Position numbers and translations under genes: made by a program. The notes beneath the pieces are model-generated. The model saw nothing but the letters and a program-made list of their open reading frames with translations. It was not told where the DNA came from and did not search any database. This document shows, piece after piece, positions 1-12,039 of a stretch of DNA of 64,000 nt. The DNA comes from Deltaproteobacteria bacterium (GTDB lineage Bacteria; Myxococcota_A; Polyangia; Fen-1088), in assembly GCA_033763315.1 (NCBI GenBank), contig JANRKS010000019.1, forward strand, positions 32,001-96,000, given 5' to 3'. The first letter of the stretch is position 1; every line of letters begins with the position of its first letter.

Positions 1-117
1 CGTACGCCTGAGGTTGTGGTGGCGCAAAAGTCGCTCGCGGCCGGCGCCCTCGAACTGCAATGCAGCGACGGAGTGGCTCGGCGCCTCGTCCGCGAGCCTC
101 CGCACACCGAGGTGTGA
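1..117 (+). CDS. Possible 3' end of a CDS entering from the left edge (unknown product)
   Basis: Frame 1 is open from base 1 to TGA at 115-117 (RTPEVVVAQKSLAAGALELQC...). It is too short to identify. Confidence 0.3.
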   Translation, partial: RTPEVVVAQKSLAAGALELQCSDGVARRLVREPPHTEV

Positions 118-227
118 GCGCGTACTCGCAACGTCCACCGAAAGCGATCGCGCCACTTAGGGGGCATTGGGGCTCATAAGCCCGCAGCCGCTCACCTTTG
201 CAACGGCGGCTTTGGGACGGGTTCAAA

Positions 228-1574
228 TCACCGGAGACGCAGCGTCGCCAGCGTTTCCACATGCGGCGTATCCGGCAGCATGTCGAACGGCACCACTTGC
301 GCAACGGCATACCCCAGCGTCGCAAGCGTTCCCAGATCGCGGGCCAGCGTCTTGGGGTTGCAACTCAAATACGCAATGCCCTCAGGCGCCCGCGCCGCCA
401 CGCCGTTGAGCACTTGCTCGTCACATCCCGCGCGCGGCGGGTTCAGCACCACAACGTCGGGCCTGCTGGCAGCGCTCGCAAGGATCGTGGCCGCATCACC
501 CGCAACCGCCTCGAAGTGCGCGCCTGATGCGTCTTTCCATGCGGCGCGTGCATCATCCACAGCGGTGGGCCGGATTTCAACGCAGACCACATTCTTCACG
601 CGCGGCTCGCGTTGCGCGATCACACGCGCGATGGTGCCCACGCCCGCATACACATCCCAAACGCACGCCGCTTGTGGCAACGTGCGCGCGAACGCAGCGA
701 TCGCCTCATACGCCAACGCCGCCACGTGGCGGTTCACTTGGAAAAATGCGCGCGGCGACAGTTGCAGATCAACCTCCGCCACCGCGTCGCTCAACACGCC
801 CGCGCCACGCACAACCACATCGCGATCGCCGAAGATCACGTCGCCCAAGCTGCCATTGATGTTCGCCACCACGCCCACGATGCCAGCCACATCCGCCATC
901 ACCGCATCGGCCAGCGCCGCCAAGCCGGGCGCGCGCGCCTCAGCCTCATCGCGCACCACCAACGTGAGCAGCGTTTGCCCCCGCGCGTTCGCACGCACCA
1001 CCACGTACCGCACATCAACGTTCGACGTCCGCAGCCGTTCCTTCACCGCCGAGGCCACAACATCGATCGCAGGCTCCACCAAAGCGCAGCCCACAAGATC
1101 CACAACGTCGTGCGTGCGCGGCGCATACCCACCCAGCCGCACGCCACCCGCGTCCTTCGCCACCACATACTTACCTTGGTTGCGGTACCCACGCGTCACC
1201 GGCGATGCCACGCACGCCTGCACAGCCGCATTCACCCCACGCTCAACCAGAGCCTCAACCACCAGCGTCGTTTTCCAGCGCAGCTGCTCCGCACAATCCA
1301 TGTGCTGCCACACGCAGCCGCCGCATGTGCCAAACGCGGGGCAGGGCGCTGGCACATGATGGGGCCCGTCGCTTTGCACCTCCACCACGCGGGCCCACGC
1401 TTGCCGCCGTTGCGCCGTTTTGTGCGGCGACACGTGCTCAACCTGCGCGCTTACACGATCGCCGGGCAGCACGCCTGGCATCAGCACGGCCACGTCATCG
1501 CCAAAAAACGCCACGCCGGCGCCGTCGGCGTTCATGCGCTCGCACGTCAATGTGAGTGTGTCACCTCGCTTCAT
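228..1574 (-). CDS. rlmD: 23S rRNA (uracil-C5)-methyltransferase, RlmD/TrmA family
   Basis: N-terminal TRAM-like domain, Fe-S motif CPAFGTCGGCVWQH, SPRAFFQVN, SAM motif DVYAGVG, NPPRAG, catalytic YLSCNP, FDMLPDTPHVE. Confidence 0.88.
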   Translation of the reverse strand: MKRGDTLTLTCERMNADGAGVAFFGDDVAVLMPGVLPGDRVSAQVEHVSPHKTAQRRQAWARVVEVQSDGPHHVPAPCPAFGTCGGCVWQHMDCAEQLRWKTTLVVEALVERGVNAAVQACVASPVTRGYRNQGKYVVAKDAGGVRLGGYAPRTHDVVDLVGCALVEPAIDVVASAVKERLRTSNVDVRYVVVRANARGQTLLTLVVRDEAEARAPGLAALADAVMADVAGIVGVVANINGSLGDVIFGDRDVVVRGAGVLSDAVAEVDLQLSPRAFFQVNRHVAALAYEAIAAFARTLPQAACVWDVYAGVGTIARVIAQREPRVKNVVCVEIRPTAVDDARAAWKDASGAHFEAVAGDAATILASAASRPDVVVLNPPRAGCDEQVLNGVAARAPEGIAYLSCNPKTLARDLGTLATLGYAVAQVVPFDMLPDTPHVETLATLRLR

Positions 1575-1577
1575 GGA

Positions 1578-2903
1578 TCACCGGGTGTGCCGCAGGTTTG
1601 GCAAGAACAAGCCATAAACGCCTGGCAGGGCGCCTAACAATCCCATCCACAAGAACAAGGTGGGCACCGCCACCCATTCCGAAAGAAAGCCAACCAAAGG
1701 ATTTGATAGCGCCGTCATACCAAACACGGTGACGTTGATCAGCGCGAACGCACGACCGTGCAAATGCCCGGGCACCACTTGCTGCACCAACACCGTGCGC
1801 GGAATGATGATGAGCGGGATCACCAAGCCGTGAAACGCCTGCGCCCACTGCACATGCTCCAGCGTGTGACAAAAGGCAAACGGCACGAACGTGAGGCCAT
1901 CCAGCACGATGCCCAATAAGATTGTGGGGCCCTTGGGCAGGCGTTTGCCGAACGACCAGAACAGCAGGCTACCGATCGCCATACCCAAGAAGAAATACTT
2001 CAACGTGCTGCCATACGACGCCAAATCCAAGTGCAGCGTCTCATAGACCAACACCGGCACGGCCACGTGTGCGAGGCCCATGATCACAAGGTTGTTCAAC
2101 GTGCCCACCAGCACAAGCGCCGCGATGGGGCGCACGCGCATCACCTTTAGCGCGCCTTCGAATCCGTCACGGATTGTGCGTCGCAAGGGTAAAAAGTCTT
2201 TGTCGTGTTTATGCGGCGCCGATTCTTCGCGGTACCGGCGCGATACCGTGCGGGGCAACAAAGCGATGCACACAGCAGAGAAGAAGAACGTGGCGGCGTC
2301 CACCGAAAGCAGATGGATGTTGCCCAGACGCGGCGCCACCAGTGACGCCACCAGGGGCCCCATCACGAAGGCTGCGTATTCAGCGATCTGAAACAGCGAA
2401 ATGGCGCGCGTCAGGTGCTCTGGCGGCGTGAATTCGGGAAGCATGGCCTTGATCGCTGGGTTGAATAATGTGGCCCCCATCGCCAACACAAACACCGCCA
2501 CCCCCAACGTGATGCCACCCAAGGCGCCTGTGGCGTGCAGCAGAGGAATGGCCCCCACAGCCAGGCCGCGCAGCACGTCGGCCCACAACATCACACGCCG
2601 ACGATCGTATCGGTCCACCAACGCGCCGGCGAACAAGCCAAAGATGATGGCGGGTGCATACTTGAGCCCCGACACCAAACCGGCCGCGCCCTTCGACCCC
2701 GTGGCGTCGATCGCGATGAAGATGATGGCCGTCAGAAACAGGGCGTCGCCCACGTGCGAAACCACCTGGCCCACCCACAACAGGCCCAGCAGGCGCTTCC
2801 ATTGCGGGTACGCGGCCGCGGGCGCTGGGGCGTCGGGGACGCTGACGGCGGGCAGGGCAGGGCTCGTCGAAAACGAGGCGGCGTCCTCGGGGATTTCGCT
2901 CAC
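1578..2903 (-). CDS. MFS transporter (DHA3/MefA-EntS-like)
   Basis: About 12 hydrophobic segments and MFS motif A GALVDRYDRRRVM. Start placed at GTG 2903; the ORF track extends to 2939. Confidence 0.85.
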   Translation of the reverse strand: MSEIPEDAASFSTSPALPAVSVPDAPAPAAAYPQWKRLLGLLWVGQVVSHVGDALFLTAIIFIAIDATGSKGAAGLVSGLKYAPAIIFGLFAGALVDRYDRRRVMLWADVLRGLAVGAIPLLHATGALGGITLGVAVFVLAMGATLFNPAIKAMLPEFTPPEHLTRAISLFQIAEYAAFVMGPLVASLVAPRLGNIHLLSVDAATFFFSAVCIALLPRTVSRRYREESAPHKHDKDFLPLRRTIRDGFEGALKVMRVRPIAALVLVGTLNNLVIMGLAHVAVPVLVYETLHLDLASYGSTLKYFFLGMAIGSLLFWSFGKRLPKGPTILLGIVLDGLTFVPFAFCHTLEHVQWAQAFHGLVIPLIIIPRTVLVQQVVPGHLHGRAFALINVTVFGMTALSNPLVGFLSEWVAVPTLFLWMGLLGALPGVYGLFLPNLRHTR

Positions 2904-2941
2904 CTTCCGACAGGCCCCCCGTGTGTCATAGTTGCCCAAAG

Positions 2942-4330
2942 ATGCGTCGTTTGATCGTTCTGCTGGCCGGGTGCGCGGCTGTTTTTTCGCACTGGCCCGC
3001 CGTGGCCGCCGCCCCCGTGGCTCGCTCCGTTGCGCAGACCAAAAGCAAAGGCGTTTCGCTGCAAACGTGGGCTTTGAAGAATGGTTTGAAGGTGGTGTTT
3101 GCGGCTCGGCAAGGGGCGCCTCTGGTCAGTGTTCAGATTGTCTACCATGTTGGATCGCGTGACGAGAAAGCTGGCACACGCGGCCTCGCCCGCATAATGC
3201 GAGAGCTGATGTTTCGCGGGTCTGCACGGGTGCCCCCCGGGGGCCACAGCCGGCTGATTGCGCGCGTGGGTGGCCGCGTGGCGGCGCACGGGGATGAAGA
3301 CATCACCGCCTTCGCCAACACGGTGCCTGCCCCCTACACCGAAATGGCGATCGAGCTTGAGGCCGAACGCATGCGGGGGCTGTCGCTCAAAGAGGCTGAC
3401 GTGGCGGCCGTGCGCCAGTTTGTGTTGCGGTCGCGCCAACGCCAGGTGGATGGCAGCGCGCTTGGAAAATCGATTGAGCTGCTGCGGGGAGACGTGTTTG
3501 GCGGCCACCCATATGCCAATGGCGTGATGGGCGTCGTGGCTGATCTGCGCCGCATCAGTGTTGATGATTGTGCGCGTTTTCACCAAACGCACTTTGGCCC
3601 CAACAACGCCACGCTTGTGGTGGCGGGCGCGATCTCCGAAGCGGCGCTGCGCCCACTGGTGGAAAAGCATTTCGGTGCCATTGCACCAAACCCCGCTCTG
3701 GCCGCGCGTCAGGGGTTCACACCTGCGCCAGCGGCGCCTGCCAAAGCTTTGAAACTGCCGGTGGAAAAGCCCATGGTGGCCATCGGGGTGCCGCTGCCGC
3801 GTTTATCACCGCGTGAACGTGCCTCGGTTTATGTGCTTTCTGAAGTGCTCGCGGGTGGATCGGCTGGCCGTCTGAGCCGACGTTTGGTGGGGCCGAAATC
3901 AGCGGCGTTGGCGGCGGGCGGAGCCCCGTTGGCGCTCGAAGACGGCGGCGTGTTGGTGTTGTTTGCCGTGCATCAGCCTGACCACACGTCTGATGAGATC
4001 CGCCGCATCATGCTGGATGAGCTGGCACAGATGCGCGATAAGCCGATCGATCTCGAAGAGCTCACGCAAGCAAGGTTGCGGGCCGCGGCCACTGTTGCGG
4101 GTGCTCTTAGCAGCACGGAGGGCTTGGCCAATGCGTTGGCCATGGCCACGGCCGTGGAAGGCGAGCTTGAGCAAGCGATGCTGCGGCCACAACAGATTCT
4201 TGACGTCAGCCAAAGCGACATCGGCCGGTTGGCCAACCAATACTTGCGCGAAGACATGCTGTCGATCTTGATGTTGACCCCCGAGGGGCGGCCCGCGGCT
4301 GAGGCTTCGCAACCCAAAGGCACGCCATGA
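2942..4330 (+). CDS. Secreted M16 (insulinase-family) peptidase homolog, alpha-type subunit, catalytic motif degenerate
   Basis: Signal peptide MRRLIVLLAG..., then LKNGLKV, YHVGSRDE, LMFRGS, EAERM, FGPNNATLVVAG. HxxEH is replaced by RIMRE. Confidence 0.85.
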   Translation: MRRLIVLLAGCAAVFSHWPAVAAAPVARSVAQTKSKGVSLQTWALKNGLKVVFAARQGAPLVSVQIVYHVGSRDEKAGTRGLARIMRELMFRGSARVPPGGHSRLIARVGGRVAAHGDEDITAFANTVPAPYTEMAIELEAERMRGLSLKEADVAAVRQFVLRSRQRQVDGSALGKSIELLRGDVFGGHPYANGVMGVVADLRRISVDDCARFHQTHFGPNNATLVVAGAISEAALRPLVEKHFGAIAPNPALAARQGFTPAPAAPAKALKLPVEKPMVAIGVPLPRLSPRERASVYVLSEVLAGGSAGRLSRRLVGPKSAALAAGGAPLALEDGGVLVLFAVHQPDHTSDEIRRIMLDELAQMRDKPIDLEELTQARLRAAATVAGALSSTEGLANALAMATAVEGELEQAMLRPQQILDVSQSDIGRLANQYLREDMLSILMLTPEGRPAAEASQPKGTP

Positions 4331-6480
4331 AACACTTCGCGTTGACCATCACGTGTTGGCTCGCATGCGTGCCTGCCGTTGCCTGGGCGCAACCGAAAGC
4401 GCCGGTGCCCATTGATGTGCCTGCGGCTCCTGGCGCGGCTGTGTGGGCGTGGCCCGCTGAACAGGCCTTCACTTTGCGCAACGGCTTGCATGTTGCGGTC
4501 ATCACCAAGGCAGATGAATCGTTGGTGAATGTGGCTTTGTTTGTCCCCGCGGGTAAGGCCACGGAAACGCCTCAAACGCGCGGTGCCGCCGATCTGGTGG
4601 CTGGGTGGGTGCGTGCCGGCTCTTCACGTCGCGACGCCATGCCGCTTGAGTTGCGCGTGGAGGAGTTGGGAGCCGACGTGCAGGTTCAGGTGGATCGCCT
4701 CGGCACCACGCTGTTGTGCAAGGCGATGTTTCCGCGTCTTCAAGGGTGCTTGGCGTTGCTTGCGGATCTCGTGGAGGCGCCCGCGTTCAAATCCGATCGT
4801 TTGATCGAGGTTCGTTCGCAATTGGCGGCGCAGGTGCGCCAGCAGTTGGCTTCTGATGAGGGGCGCGCACGGGCCCACTTTTACAATTTGGTGTTCGGCG
4901 ACGAGCACCCCGCGGGCCAAGCTGTGCAGCCCGATGACATCGGCGGCCTCACGGAAGCCACGCTGCGTGCGTTTTGGCAGCAATGGTATCGGCCCAACCT
5001 TTCACGCCTCGTCGTGGTGGGCAACGTTTCATCCGATGTGGTCAACCAAGCCGCTGCCGCAGCTTTCAAAGGTTGGAAGGCCGGCGCTTCCCCGCGCGCC
5101 CCTTCACCGCCTGTGCCCGTTCGCGAAGGCACACGCTTGTTGTTGGTGGACTCGCCCACCGCCCCACAAGCCACCTTGATGTTTGGGCACATGCTGGCCG
5201 CAAAAGACGCTGCGGAATGGGCAGCGCTTGAATCACTCACGTTTGTTTATGGCGGCGCGGGCCTGGGCTCGCGGTTGGCGCAGAATGTGGCCACCAAAGG
5301 TTTGATCGCGGCCGGCGGCGCGGCGTTGGAGCCAACGGCGCAGGGCCGCCTGCTGCGCACAACTTTGCAGGCGCCTGCTGCAAAAACGTGGGACGCGTTG
5401 CTTGCGGCTGCCAGCCAACTCAAGGCGTTTGCGGAACAAGGTGTTTTGCCCGCCGAATTGGCCGAGCTCAAGGCCCGCTCGGCCGCGGTTGATCCCTTGC
5501 AGCTTGAAACAGGAGACGGCTTGGCCCTCGCTGTGTTGGAAGCAGAGGCTGTAAAGACCGGAGGCCTTTCTTATTTCAAAGCGTTAAGCAAAGCTGTTGA
5601 GGTTGTGGACAACAAGGCGCTGCAATCGGCGGCCTCGCGTCTTAAGCCTGATGCGCTGGCCGTTGTGATCGTGGGGCCCGCTAAAGTAATCGCCCCGCAG
5701 TTGCAAAAGGCCAAGGTGCGATTCGAGCAGATTGCGTTCGAAGATCCGTTATCGGTGTCGGCGCGCGCACGCCGCGATCGGCTTGTGCACAACGACGCCG
5801 CCACGTCGGCCGAAAGCATGCAAGCGCGTGGCCTCATTATGAAGGCATTGGCGGCAGCCGGCGGTGCGCCGGCGTGGCGTGCGCTCACCACCTTGACGGT
5901 GAAAAAGCAGGGCCAGCGCCGTGAAGGCGGCCGCATCGTGACGATGACCAGCACCACGCATTACCGCCGCCCCAATGATGTGCGTGTGGAGCAAGAAGCG
6001 CGTGTGCGTGACAAAGTTGTGGGCCAAGCGGCCTTCGTTCTGACCGCCCAACAAGTGCGAGGCACAAACGCCAAAGGCGCTTTGGTGGCGTTGCCTGCCG
6101 AAAACGTTTCGCGCTTGCGGGCGGCCACTTTCGAAGACGTTGTGTTTATCTTGCTCAACATCCTCGACGCCAAACCTCCCGTGCCCGTGGCGCCCAAACA
6201 GCCGTGGGTGGAAAAGGGCGTAAGTTACCCTGGGATAGAAGTGCAGGTTCCTGCGGGCGCGTGGATCTCGCTTTACTTTGATCCCAACACGAATCTGCTT
6301 TCGCGCGTACGTTCACCCGATGTGGCGGGCGGTGAAAGCGAACAGCGCTTGTTGGATTGGCGCGACGTGGGCGGCTTGAAGTTTCCGTTCAAGCAGCTGT
6401 CGTTTGGGCCGAACACGTCAGAAGCCACGCTCACCGACGTGCAAATCAATCCCGTGTTGCCGCCCACACTGTTTGAATGA
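4327..6480 (+). CDS. Secreted M16 peptidase homolog, beta-type subunit, with C-terminal beta-rich (LolA/lipoprotein-sorting-like) domain
   Basis: Signal peptide, LRNGLHV, WYRPNLSRLVVVG, APQATLMFG. About 230 extra C-terminal residues (ALAAAGG..., LYFDPNTNLL, DWRDVGGLKFPF). ATGA overlap with the upstream gene. Confidence 0.8.
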   Translation: MKHFALTITCWLACVPAVAWAQPKAPVPIDVPAAPGAAVWAWPAEQAFTLRNGLHVAVITKADESLVNVALFVPAGKATETPQTRGAADLVAGWVRAGSSRRDAMPLELRVEELGADVQVQVDRLGTTLLCKAMFPRLQGCLALLADLVEAPAFKSDRLIEVRSQLAAQVRQQLASDEGRARAHFYNLVFGDEHPAGQAVQPDDIGGLTEATLRAFWQQWYRPNLSRLVVVGNVSSDVVNQAAAAAFKGWKAGASPRAPSPPVPVREGTRLLLVDSPTAPQATLMFGHMLAAKDAAEWAALESLTFVYGGAGLGSRLAQNVATKGLIAAGGAALEPTAQGRLLRTTLQAPAAKTWDALLAAASQLKAFAEQGVLPAELAELKARSAAVDPLQLETGDGLALAVLEAEAVKTGGLSYFKALSKAVEVVDNKALQSAASRLKPDALAVVIVGPAKVIAPQLQKAKVRFEQIAFEDPLSVSARARRDRLVHNDAATSAESMQARGLIMKALAAAGGAPAWRALTTLTVKKQGQRREGGRIVTMTSTTHYRRPNDVRVEQEARVRDKVVGQAAFVLTAQQVRGTNAKGALVALPAENVSRLRAATFEDVVFILLNILDAKPPVPVAPKQPWVEKGVSYPGIEVQVPAGAWISLYFDPNTNLLSRVRSPDVAGGESEQRLLDWRDVGGLKFPFKQLSFGPNTSEATLTDVQINPVLPPTLFE

Positions 6481-6492
6481 AGGCGGGCGGGG

Positions 6493-6987
6493 CTACATGC
6501 CCTTGGGCGGACGATCAGACAAGGGCGCGTTCGAGACGTGATCGGGACGGCTCAGCGACGACGAAACCTTGGGTCCTGCGAGCACGCGTTGACCTGAAGG
6601 AAACACCACTTCGATCTTGCCGGGCACAGATCCAGTGACGATGCCTTCGCCGAAGTTAGGATGAATGATGCGTTCGCCAGGGCCGAAGCTTTCCTTGGGC
6701 GAATAGGGGCGCGGGGGGCGCGAGGGATCAAATGGCGGTGGCGCGGGAATGGAAGGGATCGACGAACGCGACACCTTGCGCTTCAAGGTGGTGCCACGTG
6801 ACGTGGCCGCTTCGGCCTTGGCCGCGGCCGCCGCTTCGGCGCCTTTGCGGTAGTTGTGTTGGCTGCCGCAGAGTTTGCAAACCACCTTCGCAATTCGCTC
6901 GCCTACCTTGGCCATGACGACATGCCAGGTGTCGCCGCAACGGGTACAAGTGTCTTCGATGTCTTCGCCAGTGCCCGGTGTTCCCAT
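6493..6987 (-). CDS. Hypothetical protein with N-terminal Zn-ribbon and C-terminal Tudor/SH3-like domain
   Basis: CTRC...CKLC pairs, a low-complexity linker, then FGPGERIIHPNFGEGIV...IEVVFPSGQRVL. Confidence 0.75.
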   Translation of the reverse strand: MGTPGTGEDIEDTCTRCGDTWHVVMAKVGERIAKVVCKLCGSQHNYRKGAEAAAAAKAEAATSRGTTLKRKVSRSSIPSIPAPPPFDPSRPPRPYSPKESFGPGERIIHPNFGEGIVTGSVPGKIEVVFPSGQRVLAGPKVSSSLSRPDHVSNAPLSDRPPKGM

Positions 6988-7015
6988 GCGCGTCTCCCTG
7001 CTTTAGCGGCTGGAC

Positions 7016-8638
7016 CTAAACGTGTCCAGGATCTTTATAAACTCCGAACGTTTCTCGAAACACATCGCAGACTTCGCCCACCGTGGCCTGGGCTTTCACG
7101 GCGTCGAGCACCGCGTCCATAATGTTGTCTTTGCCCTCACAAGCGCGGCGCACCTGCCCCAGTGCCGCGGTGGTGCGTGCGGCGTTTCGCGCTTGACGAA
7201 AGCGCTGGACGCGTGCCACTTGCGCGGCTTCGGTGGCCGGATCGATCTTCAGCAAAGGCGGCCCTTGCTGTGGACCCGGCGACCGGTACTTGTTCACCCC
7301 CACGATGATCTCATCGTTAGATTCAACGCGTTTCTGATGCTGGTATGCCGCCTGCGCGATCTCTTTTTGCTGAAAACCAGCTTCGATTGCCGCCGTCACG
7401 CCGCCCATGTCATCAATGCGAACAATGTATGCGGTGGCCGCGGCTTCGATTGCATCGGTCAGTGACTCCACGAAATGGCTGCCGCCCAGCGGATCGGCCA
7501 CCTTGGTCACACCCGATTCTTCCGCGATGATTTGCTGTGTGCGCAGCGCCAGGGTGGCCGCGTCTTCCGTGGGCAACGCGAACGTTTCGTCGAAACTATT
7601 TGTGTGCAGGCTTTGTGTGCCGCCCAACACGGCGGCCAACGCTTGCAACGACACGCGCACACTGTTGTTCAACGGTTGCTGCGCCGTCAACGAGACGCCC
7701 GCGGTTTGACAGTGCGCGCGCAAACGCAACGAGCGCGGATCCTTGGCACCAAATCGATCGCGCATGATGCGCGCCCACATGCGGCGCGCGGCGCGCAGTT
7801 TGGCCACTTCTTCAAAAAAATCGTTGTGAATGTCCCAGAAAAACGACAAACGCGGCGCAAACTCATCCACGGCGAGGCCCGCGTCGAGCCCCAGTTGCAC
7901 ATAGCCGATGCCGTTGGCCAGTGTGAATGCCAGCTCCTGCACGGCGGTCGCACCGGCTTCGCGAATGTGGTAGCCGCTGATGCTGATCGTGTTCCACTTC
8001 GGCATTCTGCGTGTGCAGTGAACGAGCATGTCGGCCATGATGCGCAGGTGCGGTCGCAGCGGGCAGATCCATTCTTTCTGCGCGATGAACTCTTTGAACA
8101 TGTCGTTTTGGATCGTGCCCTGCAAAACACGGGGCGAGATGCCACGCTGTTCCGCCGTGGCTTCGTAAAAGGCCAACGCCACCACGGCCGAGGCGTTGAT
8201 CGTCATCGACGTGCTCACCGATTGCAGCGCAATGCCATCGAACAGGCGTTGCATGTCGTCGATGGTCGCCACCGCCACGCCCTCGCGCCCCACCTCACCG
8301 TGGCACAGGGGATGGTCGGGGTCGTAACCCATCAGCGTGGGCATATCGAACGCCGTCGACAGCCCTGTTTGCCCCTGCGCCAGCAAGTATTTGAAGCGTT
8401 CATTGGTGGCTTCCGGCGTGCCAAACCCCGCAAACATGCGCATCGTCCACGGTTTGCCGCGGTACATGCTTTCATAGGGCCCACGCGTGAAAGGATAGTC
8501 GCCCGGCAAGCTTTGTTCGGCGGGCCCGCGGTCGGCCGTCGTGTAAACGGGACGCAGCGGCAACCCAGACGATGTGGTGGCGTTCGCGGCTTCCAGCGAG
8601 GACGCAGGCAGAGATCCAGGGCGCGCCTTTTCGTCCAT
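7016..8638 (-). CDS. icmA: AdoCbl-dependent acyl-CoA mutase large (substrate-binding) subunit with isobutyryl-CoA mutase (IcmA)-type residues
   Basis: [65 protein letters not shown]. No DxHxxG B12-binding domain. Start placed at ATG 8638. Confidence 0.8.
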   Translation of the reverse strand: MDEKARPGSLPASSLEAANATTSSGLPLRPVYTTADRGPAEQSLPGDYPFTRGPYESMYRGKPWTMRMFAGFGTPEATNERFKYLLAQGQTGLSTAFDMPTLMGYDPDHPLCHGEVGREGVAVATIDDMQRLFDGIALQSVSTSMTINASAVVALAFYEATAEQRGISPRVLQGTIQNDMFKEFIAQKEWICPLRPHLRIMADMLVHCTRRMPKWNTISISGYHIREAGATAVQELAFTLANGIGYVQLGLDAGLAVDEFAPRLSFFWDIHNDFFEEVAKLRAARRMWARIMRDRFGAKDPRSLRLRAHCQTAGVSLTAQQPLNNSVRVSLQALAAVLGGTQSLHTNSFDETFALPTEDAATLALRTQQIIAEESGVTKVADPLGGSHFVESLTDAIEAAATAYIVRIDDMGGVTAAIEAGFQQKEIAQAAYQHQKRVESNDEIIVGVNKYRSPGPQQGPPLLKIDPATEAAQVARVQRFRQARNAARTTAALGQVRRACEGKDNIMDAVLDAVKAQATVGEVCDVFRETFGVYKDPGHV

Positions 8639-8749
8639 CAGCCCTACAAGAGTACCTCTTGCGCGTGTGGCGAACAAGTTGGCACGTGAGGTGGGGCGCC
8701 GACGCCCCGCCATTGACGGCCCATGGTTGGCCACGGTATGCGGTGGCGC

Positions 8750-9421
8750 ATGTCGGATGAATCGCCAGAGCCTTTCGATCTCGTCGTGTTCGATCTCGAC
8801 GGCACTTTGGTTGACTCGCTGCCAGACATTGCCGATGCCTTGAACCACGCTCTGGCGTCGCAAGGTTTGACGCCGCAGCCGCTGGAGGTGGTGGCCACGC
8901 TGGTGGGCGATGGCATCGTGGCATTGGCGGAACGGGCGCTGGCCGTGCAGCCGCAGCCCGCTTCGCTCACGGGCTTGGAATTATCGAAGCTCATTTGGGC
9001 ACGTTACCTCGAGCGCCCCTGTGTGCTGACCAAGCCCTATGACGGCATCCTTGCGCTGCTGCGCACGTTGCAGGCACGCCGGGTGCCGATGGCCGTGTTA
9101 ACGAACAAGCCTGGCGACGTGGCGAGGCCGCTGCTCGAAGCCTTAGGCCTCACACCCTTCTTCATGGCCATCATCGGTGACAATGACGGCCACCCGCGCA
9201 AGCCCGATCCCGCCGCGTTGGTTTCGCTCATGAGCCGGGTGAATGCCCAACCCGTACGCACCGTGATGGTGGGCGATGGCGTGCCCGATGTGCTCGTGGC
9301 AAAAGCCGCTGGGTGCGTGGCGGCGGCGGCGCTGTGGGGCTACACGCCGCGGGCCGTGCTGCTGCAAGCACAACCCCACAACGCGCTGATGGCGCCCCAA
9401 CAAGTCCTGGACGTGTTGTAA
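8750..9421 (+). CDS. gph: HAD-IA hydrolase, phosphoglycolate phosphatase-like
   Basis: [27 protein letters not shown]. Confidence 0.8.
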   Translation: MSDESPEPFDLVVFDLDGTLVDSLPDIADALNHALASQGLTPQPLEVVATLVGDGIVALAERALAVQPQPASLTGLELSKLIWARYLERPCVLTKPYDGILALLRTLQARRVPMAVLTNKPGDVARPLLEALGLTPFFMAIIGDNDGHPRKPDPAALVSLMSRVNAQPVRTVMVGDGVPDVLVAKAAGCVAAAALWGYTPRAVLLQAQPHNALMAPQQVLDVL

Positions 9422-9458
9422 GGCGCCATCGTTTCGCCACCATTTGGCTTTGGGGGCT

Positions 9459-11825
<2,367 letters not shown>

Positions 11826-11870
11826 GTAGTGTGCCTCGAACGTGAGCGTGGGCAGCTCTAGGGTAAGATC

Positions 11871-11900
11871 AACTTAGGAAACCCGCCTAGAAACCGCAAG
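11871..11900 (-). promoter_or_regulatory. Putative sigma32-family promoter of lon
   Basis: The minus strand reads CTTGCG-N16-CCTAAGTT, resembling the RpoH-type CTTG...CCTANNT consensus, upstream of a heat-shock gene. Confidence 0.35.
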
Positions 11901-12039
11901 GATTACTTCCTCTTCTGTGCCGTACCCGCCCCAAGCCCCCACACGACTGATTCCACCCACGTACCGGCCTTCGATATTTCTAGATTCGGCGTTTTCCTCT
12001 CAGTCGTTTAGACGCCAAATCCGTACATTCGTCACAAGG

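Noticed and set aside
7475-8689. Long antisense or alternative-frame ORFs (also 280-1359, 612-1637, 25665-26762, 27414-28445, 53769-55064)
   Set aside because: They mirror well-conserved genes, have no recognisable motifs, and are expected in GC-rich DNA.
8639-8863. N-terminal extension of the mutase ORF overlapping gph
   Set aside because: It is an antisense shadow of gph. Homology starts near ATG 8638, which has its own -10-like box.
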